NCBI GenBank assembly: GCA_964446775.1
Contig: CAYURA010000001.1
Coordinates: 1 to 47,731 of the forward strand
From: an uncultured Gammaproteobacteria bacterium
GTDB lineage: Bacteria; Patescibacteriota; Patescibacteriia; Patescibacteriales; UBA12465
Direction of reading: 5' to 3'
Length of the DNA: 47,731 nucleotides
In this document: positions 18,043-25,516 of the stretch, piece by piece
Numbering within the stretch: position 1 is the stretch's first letter
How the letters are laid out: every line of letters begins with the position of its first letter
The notes under the pieces: model-generated
Databases searched by the model: none
Seen by the model: the letters and a program-made list of their open reading frames with translations, nothing else
Told to the model about the DNA's origin: nothing
Program-made: the position numbers and the translations under genes

Positions 18043-19196
18043 CTCAAAATTTAAATAATGTGGTAAAAATAATTATCCTGAGTTCTCTAACTTTCGTTTT
18101 AACTTTAATATCAACTAATGATGTGCAGGCAAAAGCTTACACTTGCACTTGGCGCATAAAAACAACCTCAATGCAGGGTGCTGGTGTGCTAGATAAAGGA
18201 TGCTATTCGAATGAACTTTTTTCAAAATATGAAAATTGTGACCCAGAAACAAAACCACCTGATGAGGGAACCAATAGTGCCATAGAAAAAAAAATTGTAT
18301 GTTGTTGCCCTGATCCTGGTTATAATAAGCCCGAACCTAAAGCTGATATAATTATCCCTAGCTTATCCATTAAAATTAATACCATTGAACTAAGTCAAGA
18401 AATTTTTTGTCAGGATGAAGATTGCTATTATCCCTGGATAGCCGAATATATTAATGGAATATATAAATATGGATTTGGCATAGCTGGCATCTTAGCCGCC
18501 ATTATGCTCATGGCTGGTGGTGTCATTTGGTTAACTTCCGCTGGCGATGCTTCTAAAATAGGTCAAGCAAAGAACTTGATCACTGGAAGCGTAATTGGCT
18601 TGATTGTTCTTAGCACTAGTTATATTATTTTAGAAACAATAAATCCAGAATTAACCAATCTAAAACATATTACTATTAAAGGGATAGAAAAAATTGCGCC
18701 AAGTGAAGTAAAACGTCCTAGTGATGAAGCTGAGAATCCATATCAAGAGGGCTGCGATGCTTCTAGAAATGGAGATTATGAGATTTGTAAACAATATGCT
18801 AACGAAACACCTAAAGATATGTTAAAGATTTCTGGCACTTCTCAATACGCTAAAGAAGAAGTGGTAAATAAGTATCTATTAGCCATGGAATGTGTTAAAG
18901 ATAAAAATGATGGTAAAAAATTATTTACCGTAGGAGTTGCTTGGCGCTCACCAAAAAAACAATTAGAGCTATTTGAGAGTTTAGGTCACCCCAAAGCAGC
19001 CTATCCGTGTTGTTCTAATCATGGAAAAGGCACTGCCTTAGATTTAAATAGAACAGACGGAGTTAAGATGACCTGGGGATATAATGAGAGCTCAGGATTA
19101 TTAGAATGCATGAATGCTCAAGGTTTATACGCTAAATTAAAAGGCCAGAATGGAGACCCTGACGAACCATGGCATTGGTCTCTTAGTGGAAGATAA
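18039..19196 (+). CDS. Exported protein: signal peptide + 8-Cys N-domain + VirB2/TrbC-like TM hairpin + M15 (VanY/D-Ala-D-Ala carboxypeptidase-like) peptidase domain
   Basis: Signal peptide ...NDVQA|KA. Hairpin YGFGIAGILAAIMLMAGGVIWLTSAGDASKIGQAKNLITGSVIGLIVLSTSYIIL. M15 motifs AWRSPKKQLELF, CCSNHGKGTALD (S-x-H-x-x-G-x-A-x-D) and DEPWHW (E-x-x-H). Confidence 0.75.
   Translation: MTQNLNNVVKIIILSSLTFVLTLISTNDVQAKAYTCTWRIKTTSMQGAGVLDKGCYSNELFSKYENCDPETKPPDEGTNSAIEKKIVCCCPDPGYNKPEPKADIIIPSLSIKINTIELSQEIFCQDEDCYYPWIAEYINGIYKYGFGIAGILAAIMLMAGGVIWLTSAGDASKIGQAKNLITGSVIGLIVLSTSYIILETINPELTNLKHITIKGIEKIAPSEVKRPSDEAENPYQEGCDASRNGDYEICKQYANETPKDMLKISGTSQYAKEEVVNKYLLAMECVKDKNDGKKLFTVGVAWRSPKKQLELFESLGHPKAAYPCCSNHGKGTALDLNRTDGVKMTWGYNESSGLLECMNAQGLYAKLKGQNGDPDEPWHWSLSGR
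18435..18695 (+). repeat. Paralogous pilin-hairpin module, copy 2 (aa 133-219 of the 385-aa protein)
   Basis: See copy 1 at 16376..16636. Confidence 0.8.
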
Positions 19197-19213
19197 AAGA
19201 ATGAAACAAGTAT

Positions 19214-19245
19214 AAAAAAGCTATTCAATTGAATAGCTTTTATAC
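19214..19245. terminator. Bidirectional rho-independent terminator between convergent units
   Basis: Perfect palindrome AAAAGCTATTC-AATT-GAATAGCTTTT (11-bp stem, 4-nt loop), flanked by an A-run on one side and a T-run on the other. Lies between the stop at 19196 (+) and the stop at 19281 (-). Confidence 0.65.
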
Positions 19246-19280
19246 AATTACCTTATTAATCATTATTATCCAAGCTCTAG

Positions 19281-19682
19281 CTAAGCCCCACGATCCATTG
19301 CCTCATTAGCCAATCTATCAGCATCTTTATTATTTTCTCTTAAAACATGTGTAATCGTGTATGATTTAAATTGACAAAGTAGATTGCGCACTTCTAAAAA
19401 AAGTATTGCCAACTCTTTATTCTTCACCCGATATTCTCGCTTAACTTGTTTTACTATCAGTTCACTATCTAAATAACAATAGACATTTTTTGCTTTTAAT
19501 TCAACTGCTTTTTTTAAGGCTGCAATTAAAGCCTGATACTCTGCTTGATTGTTAGTGGCTACGCCAATATATTTTGAAATTTCTGCCAAAATATTTCCTT
19601 GCTCATTCGTTAATACTGCCCCAATACCAGCTGGCCCAGGATTGCCGCGCGCACCACCATCAGAATATATAATGATAGTCAT
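19281..19682 (-). CDS. rnhA: Ribonuclease HI-type RNase H
   Basis: IIYSDGGARGNPGPAGIGAV, NNQAEYQALIAAL, LDSELIV, NKDADRLAN (DEDD catalytic set); 133 aa. Confidence 0.85.
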   Translation of the reverse strand: MTIIIYSDGGARGNPGPAGIGAVLTNEQGNILAEISKYIGVATNNQAEYQALIAALKKAVELKAKNVYCYLDSELIVKQVKREYRVKNKELAILFLEVRNLLCQFKSYTITHVLRENNKDADRLANEAMDRGA

Positions 19683-19691
19683 ATTTTTTAA

Positions 19692-21524
19692 TTATATATT
19701 ATTCATTTTACTAAAATGCCAATCAATAGCCTTTAATTGTATAGCTCTCCTCCCAGCAAAATTATTAATATCTAGATAATAGGCTAAATCAACAATATCA
19801 CCTATTTTTAAACCCTCATACTTACTAATACAATTAAAATCTACCGCCCAGAAACTATCACTACCAGAATTATGTAAATCCCTCAAACGAAGTTTAAGAT
19901 GCTGCTTCTCTGCCCCCATAAGAACAATATCTTCTACTACTAAATACTTACTAGTAAAGCGTGGTTGAGGATTATTCTGACCATAAGGAGCTAAGCTATT
20001 TAATTCTTCTACTAAGTTTATATTCAAATTAATAAAGTCTAATTTAGCATCAATTTTTAATTTCGGTCTAAGTATTTCCTCGGTTAAGGCTTCTTCAGCA
20101 ATTTTGAACAACTGCTCCTTAAAAGCCAACAAATTTTCTTCATTGCTAATAGAAAAACCACAAGCCATTGGGTGTCCACCATACTTCTCTAAGTGAGAGC
20201 TAGATTCAGTTATAGCCTCGATTAAATTAAAGCCCTCTAGTGAACGCCCTGATCCTTTAAAACTGATTTTCTCAGTTATCATCTCTCCTGATTCCATCTC
20301 GGTCCTATCACCTTCAATAATTCTCGTGATAATAAGGCTAGGACGATGATATTTTTCACAAATTCTACCCGCCACTAATCCCACCACTCCTTCATTCCAA
20401 AACTGGCCTTCTTGAGCTATGCCGATAATAATTAATGGTAGATTATTAGGATCAATATTTGATTCCACCTCTTTAATAATATCTTCTGTTATTTGCTGTC
20501 TACTTAAATTACGATTATTTAATTCTAGAGCTAATTCGCGCGCCTCTTTTTCATCTCTTGTATTAACTAAAGCAAAGGCACTATTTGCATGACCCACCCT
20601 ACTTGCAGCATTAAGTCGTGGCCCTAATTGCCAACCTACATTCCAAGCTTCAAGTGGCTTATCTAAGGCTATCCGGGCAATCTTAAATAAAGCTTTTAAG
20701 CCTGGTCTATCATTATCATTTAAAACTTCCAAACCCTTTTTAACTAATAATCTATTTTCTCCCAATAGGTTCACTAAATCACTAATTGTGCCAACAGCTA
20801 CTAAATCTAAAGCACGCCTAGCAATTAGTTGTTTTTGCTCAACTACTAATTTAGATTTAATAAGGAGGGCTGATAGCAATTTAAAAGCTACCCCAACTCC
20901 AGCCAAATATGGCCAAGGATAATTATCGTTTCTATCAGCTGGATCAATACATAGACAGTCTGGCAATTCAGCCAAAGAATCTGGCAGAACATGGTGATCG
21001 GTAATAATTATATCTATTCCTATACTTTTTGCATAATCTACTTCCTCTTTATTCCGAATACCACAGTCAACCGTGATAATAAGTTGAACACCTTGTTCTT
21101 TCAAACTTTTAATCGCTTCTTTATTCAACCCATAGCCCTCACTAACTCGATCTGGCAAATAGACGTCAACATCAGCATGCAGAGTTCTTAAACCCTCAAC
21201 TAAAACTGAGGCTGAGGTAACACCATCAGCATCATAATCACCGTAAATAATAATCTTATTCGCCTGCTTAATATGGCTAACAATTAAATCTACTACTGCC
21301 TCCATGTCTCTAAACAAGAAAGGGTTGTAGAATCTTAAAGAGCTATCAACGCTTAGATCATAAACTAAAGAATCATCCAATTCTTCATTTAGGAAAGCTT
21401 TAATTGTCGCCTCAGATTGAAAGCCACGATTGTATAATAGGCTCACTAAAAGTGGTGAGATTGGGGCTAATCTATTAGCTAAATCAACTGGCGCTGCTGG
21501 GGCTACTTGCCAAATATTATTCAT
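19692..21524 (-). CDS. recJ: Single-stranded-DNA-specific exonuclease RecJ
   Basis: DHH-family motifs IIIYGDYDADGVTS, TVDCGI, IITDHH and DHHA1 GGHPMACGF; 610 aa. Confidence 0.93.
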   Translation of the reverse strand: MNNIWQVAPAAPVDLANRLAPISPLLVSLLYNRGFQSEATIKAFLNEELDDSLVYDLSVDSSLRFYNPFLFRDMEAVVDLIVSHIKQANKIIIYGDYDADGVTSASVLVEGLRTLHADVDVYLPDRVSEGYGLNKEAIKSLKEQGVQLIITVDCGIRNKEEVDYAKSIGIDIIITDHHVLPDSLAELPDCLCIDPADRNDNYPWPYLAGVGVAFKLLSALLIKSKLVVEQKQLIARRALDLVAVGTISDLVNLLGENRLLVKKGLEVLNDNDRPGLKALFKIARIALDKPLEAWNVGWQLGPRLNAASRVGHANSAFALVNTRDEKEARELALELNNRNLSRQQITEDIIKEVESNIDPNNLPLIIIGIAQEGQFWNEGVVGLVAGRICEKYHRPSLIITRIIEGDRTEMESGEMITEKISFKGSGRSLEGFNLIEAITESSSHLEKYGGHPMACGFSISNEENLLAFKEQLFKIAEEALTEEILRPKLKIDAKLDFINLNINLVEELNSLAPYGQNNPQPRFTSKYLVVEDIVLMGAEKQHLKLRLRDLHNSGSDSFWAVDFNCISKYEGLKIGDIVDLAYYLDINNFAGRRAIQLKAIDWHFSKMNNI

Positions 21525-21530
21525 AGATGA

Positions 21531-21629
21531 TTAAAAAAAACTCGCTCCAAAAGTGAAAATTACCATTGAAATAATAATGACAACAGACATAATCGTCCAA
21601 GCAATTTTTACAATCTTTTTTTTCTTCAT
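21531..21629 (-). CDS. Possible 32-aa single-TM micro-protein (absent from the supplied ORF track)
   Basis: Hand translation gives ATG..TAA: MKKKKIVKIAWTIMSVVIIISMVIFTFGASFF. It fills the lepA-recJ gap (11 nt after the lepA stop, 6 nt before the recJ start). Basic N-terminus plus one hydrophobic helix. Confidence 0.3.
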   Translation of the reverse strand: MKKKKIVKIAWTIMSVVIIISMVIFTFGASFF

Positions 21630-21640
21630 AGTTTAAAAAA

Positions 21641-23446
21641 TTATCTTTTAAGTATTTTAACAAATGTATCTGGAGGAATATCTACACTACCTTTGCCTGC
21701 CATCATCATCTTTTTTTTACCCTTCTTTTGCTTATCAAGTAATTTCCGCTTCCTCGTTACATCCCCTCCATATAATTTAGCCGTTACATCCTTTCTCATT
21801 GCTGATAATCTTTCAGCAGCTACAACTTTAGAACCTACGGCCGCCTGGATCTTTAGAGCAAACATTTGCCGAGGAAGGGTATCTTTTAAGATCTGAACTA
21901 TTGCCCTGCCTTCACGATGAGCGTTATTACGATAAACAATGCTAGCTAAAGATTCAATAATATCTTCTGCTACTAAAATATCTAATTTCACTACATCAGC
22001 TTGGCGATAATCTAAGTAATCATAATTTATTGAGGCATAACCAGCAGAAATGCTCTTAATCTTATCATAAAAATCAGTTAAAATAGCGGACAAAGGCATT
22101 TCATAGTGTAAAATTGCCCGTGCCTCAGAACTAGTAGTGGAAATATATTCTGTATTTTTATAAATACCCCTTTTTTCTTGAGCTAAGCCCATGATATTAC
22201 CAATGTATTTTTGAGGTGACAGGATATCAAGGCGCACCCAAGGCTCCTCAATATATTCAAGTTCATTGGCTTCAGGCAAGCTCTGCGGTGTCCTGATAAA
22301 CAACTCAGCGCCATCTGATTTTCTCACTTTATAAGCAACACTAGGCACAGTGACTATTAAATCTAAATTATATTCCCGACGTAATCGTTCTTGAAATATC
22401 TCTAAATGTAATAAGCCTAAAAAGCCACAGCGAAAACCAAAACCCAAAGCGTCCGATCTTTCTGCTTCGTAAGATAAAGAAGCATCATTGAGTTTTAGCT
22501 TTTCCATTGCTTCGCGTAAGTTATCTAAATCATCACCTTCTTTCGGAAAGACTCCAGCAAAAACCATTGGCTTGACCTCTTGATAGCCAGCTAGAGGCAA
22601 GGCCTCATAACGATTCGCTCCAGCTACTAAAGTGTCACCCACTCGACAGTCCCCTACTTGTTTAAATCCGGTAATAATATAGCCAATTGAGCCGGCCGAT
22701 AATGAACTAGTAGGGTAATAGGCGGGTTTAAAAATACCAATATCCAGAGCTTCACTTTTAGCTTTAGTGGCCAATAGATTAATAGCCTCACCTTTCTTTA
22801 TCTCTCCTTCAAAGACTCGAATAAAAGCAACCACCCCCTTATACTCATCATACTTAGAATCAAAGATTAAAGCTCTAGCACCATTTTCTTGGCTTGCTTT
22901 AGGCGCTTGACCACGACTGATAATCGCCTCTAAAATGGCCTCTATCCCTTCTCCTGTTTTACCTGAAGCAGACAATATTTCCTCTTCCTTACAACCTAAA
23001 AGACGACTAAGCTCTGCCTTAGTCTTTGGCACATCCGCTGCTGGCAAATCAATTTTATTAACCACTGGGATAATGACTAAGTCCTGCTCTAAGGCTAAAT
23101 ATAGATTGGCCAAAGTCTGGGCCTGAATGCCTTGAGTTGAATCGACTAATAGCACAGCCGTTTCCACAGCCGCTAAAGAACGAGAGACCTCATAAGAAAA
23201 ATCTACATGACCAGGAGTATCAATTAAATTCAATTGGTGCCCCCTATAATCCATAGTAGCTGGCTGTAATTTAATGGTAATTCCTCTTTCCCTTTCAATA
23301 TCCATACTATCTAGAATTTGCTCTTTCATTTTTCTCTTTTCTACTGTTTGGGTAAATTCAAGCATCCGGTCAGCCAAGGTGGACTTACCATGATCAATAT
23401 GCGCTAAAATAGCAAAATTTCTTATTCTACCAATCTCTTGAGGCAT
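21641..23446 (-). CDS. lepA: Elongation factor 4 (translational GTPase LepA)
   Basis: IRNFAILAHIDHGKSTLADR, DTPGHVDF, NKIDL G-motifs and the LepA-specific C-terminal region; 601 aa. Confidence 0.97.
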   Translation of the reverse strand: MPQEIGRIRNFAILAHIDHGKSTLADRMLEFTQTVEKRKMKEQILDSMDIERERGITIKLQPATMDYRGHQLNLIDTPGHVDFSYEVSRSLAAVETAVLLVDSTQGIQAQTLANLYLALEQDLVIIPVVNKIDLPAADVPKTKAELSRLLGCKEEEILSASGKTGEGIEAILEAIISRGQAPKASQENGARALIFDSKYDEYKGVVAFIRVFEGEIKKGEAINLLATKAKSEALDIGIFKPAYYPTSSLSAGSIGYIITGFKQVGDCRVGDTLVAGANRYEALPLAGYQEVKPMVFAGVFPKEGDDLDNLREAMEKLKLNDASLSYEAERSDALGFGFRCGFLGLLHLEIFQERLRREYNLDLIVTVPSVAYKVRKSDGAELFIRTPQSLPEANELEYIEEPWVRLDILSPQKYIGNIMGLAQEKRGIYKNTEYISTTSSEARAILHYEMPLSAILTDFYDKIKSISAGYASINYDYLDYRQADVVKLDILVAEDIIESLASIVYRNNAHREGRAIVQILKDTLPRQMFALKIQAAVGSKVVAAERLSAMRKDVTAKLYGGDVTRKRKLLDKQKKGKKKMMMAGKGSVDIPPDTFVKILKR

Positions 23447-23552
23447 TTAATTACAAAATAAATATATAAGGTAAATTAAAAATAGACACAAATCTGTAAC
23501 TTCATTTCGTTAAATACAATAACATCTATTAACCTGAAGAGCAAGCTAAAAA

Positions 23553-25184
23553 CTATAAACCGCGAGCCTCATCTTGACTATTTATTTTCGCTTTTTTCCA
23601 GGGCAAACGACGCGTTAAAACCTTCATAGCTGAGTCTAATTCTTCACTTTTAAGGAGGTAACAAAAAAATAAATAAGTGAATGCTCCTCCAGTTCCTGCT
23701 ACTACTAATTGAATAAATACTCCCCAGAAAGTAGTCATGTCAATAAAAGGCCAAATAGCTAATTTAAGTACTTGAACCATCGCCCCAGCAGCTATCGCTG
23801 AAGCGGAAAACTTTATTACCGATTTAAGTATTTTAGTTAAATCTAGGGAACCTATTTGCTGGTACAAAACTAACCATAAAAGCAAAAAGTTTAAAATACT
23901 AGCAATAGAAAAAGCTAAGGCTAGGCCAGCTACTCCTAAATGTGGTCGCAGAATAAAAGCAAGAATAACATTAACCACTACTGATATCATGCCCAAATAA
24001 AATGGTCGCCATGAATCGCGACGGGCATAAAAGACTCTCACTAATAGTGGAATCGAAGCTTGGGCAAATAGGCTAAGCACAAAAAAACCTAAAGTATCCA
24101 TGGTCAAGATCGTGTCTCGCCAATTAAAGTTACCGCTTCCATAAACTATTCTAATAATCTGAGCTCTAAGGGTTAACAACAGGACTGAAGTTGGAATAAT
24201 AAAAAAAAGAATTTGCCTTAAAGTTGAGGAGAATCTTGATTTTAAAGCTTCAAGATTATAAGCATTCTCAGACAAGAAAGGGAAAGCAGCCACTGCAAAA
24301 GAAATACCAAAAACGCCTAGAGCAAATGATTGAAGATTATTGGCTAGATTAAAAATAGCTAAAGACCCAGCAACTAGGCCTGAAGCTAAGACTGTCATCG
24401 CCACTAAGTTAATCTGACTGACAGCTAGCGACATTGTGCGTGGCCCCATCATTTTAGCTATTTGTTGCAATGATTTATCTCGCCAATTTAAGCGCCAAGA
24501 ATATCTAAAACCTAAATGCCAGACAGCTGGTAATTGAATAAAAAAGTGTAAAAAAGCTCCTAAAACAACCCCCCAAGCTAAACCCGCTAAACCGAAAAAT
24601 TGAGTTAAGTACACAGCGCCAAAAATAATACCCAGATTATAGAAAATTGGTGCTAAAGAATAGATAAAAAATCGTTTATAACTTTGTAATATGCCGCCTA
24701 GAACCCCAGACATTCCTAAAAATAGAGGCGAAAGAAACATAATCCTAGTTAGGAGAACTGTTTGCGCTTGATTAGCCTCAGTAAAGCCTGGTGTTAATAA
24801 TTTAGTTAAAGGGGCAGCAAAAATAATGCCAATTATAGATAAACCAAATATCAAAATTAGTAGCGCATTAAAAACATTAATCACTAATTCATTTAGCTCT
24901 TTAAGATTATCTTTATTCTTCTCATTTTTTTTAATTAAACTAGAAAAAATTGGAATAAAACCAGCTGATAAAGCTCCCATCACTACTAAGCTATAAATAA
25001 AATCAGGTATTCTAAAAGCCGCAAAATAAATATCTAAATCAGAACCAGCTCCAAAATGGCCAGCTAAGATATGGTCACGTAAAACCCCTAGAGCTCGAGA
25101 AACAACTGATAACACAGCAATTATAGCTGCTGCTCTAGTAATATTATCAATTGGTTTATTAATCCATTTTTTCAAAAAAACCAT
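23553..25184 (-). CDS. murJ: Lipid II flippase MurJ (MviN family)
   Basis: Polytopic hydrophobic profile. N-terminal signature VVSRALGVLRDHILAGHFGAGSDLDIYFAAFRIPDFIY; 543 aa. Confidence 0.9.
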   Translation of the reverse strand: MVFLKKWINKPIDNITRAAAIIAVLSVVSRALGVLRDHILAGHFGAGSDLDIYFAAFRIPDFIYSLVVMGALSAGFIPIFSSLIKKNEKNKDNLKELNELVINVFNALLILIFGLSIIGIIFAAPLTKLLTPGFTEANQAQTVLLTRIMFLSPLFLGMSGVLGGILQSYKRFFIYSLAPIFYNLGIIFGAVYLTQFFGLAGLAWGVVLGAFLHFFIQLPAVWHLGFRYSWRLNWRDKSLQQIAKMMGPRTMSLAVSQINLVAMTVLASGLVAGSLAIFNLANNLQSFALGVFGISFAVAAFPFLSENAYNLEALKSRFSSTLRQILFFIIPTSVLLLTLRAQIIRIVYGSGNFNWRDTILTMDTLGFFVLSLFAQASIPLLVRVFYARRDSWRPFYLGMISVVVNVILAFILRPHLGVAGLALAFSIASILNFLLLWLVLYQQIGSLDLTKILKSVIKFSASAIAAGAMVQVLKLAIWPFIDMTTFWGVFIQLVVAGTGGAFTYLFFCYLLKSEELDSAMKVLTRRLPWKKAKINSQDEARGL

Positions 25185-25306
25185 ATTAAATATAACTTAA
25201 TTATATTACTTCTCCCCTGCCTCTTAAAATTATATTAAGTAAAAAATTTAATCATCGACTATGAAGTCTAATAAGCATAACATAAAATATTTACAAAGCT
25301 CCTATC

Positions 25307-25516
25307 CTATGAATATAAGATAGAAATAATGGCTGTTAATAACCAGAGTAATGCCAAAAAAGAACTATTAAAATATAAGCTAAAAAGGCCAGGAACTAAA
25401 AACTCACTAATTAAACCTAAAACTAAAAGAGCTGTTAAAAAATAAAAAAACTTGATAATTAATTTTTTTAAAAAAATATTTCTCTTAATTGTATTTTTAA
25501 ATCTCAACATAATCAC
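25307..25516 (-). CDS. Small two-TM membrane protein (hypothetical)
   Basis: Two hydrophobic helices (FFYFLTALLVLGLISEFLV; FLALLWLLTAIISIL). The track start is GTG at 25516 overlapping the upstream TGA; an ATG at 25510 is the likelier start. No family recognised. Confidence 0.45.
   Translation of the reverse strand: MIMLRFKNTIKRNIFLKKLIIKFFYFLTALLVLGLISEFLVPGLFSLYFNSSFLALLWLLTAIISILYS

Noticed and set aside
16181-19196. Calling the two pilin-like genes a type IV secretion or conjugation locus.
   Set aside because: Only the VirB2/TrbC-like hairpin is present. No VirB4/VirD4 ATPase, VirB6-like channel or relaxase occurs anywhere in the 47 kb. They are reported as pilin-like modules only.
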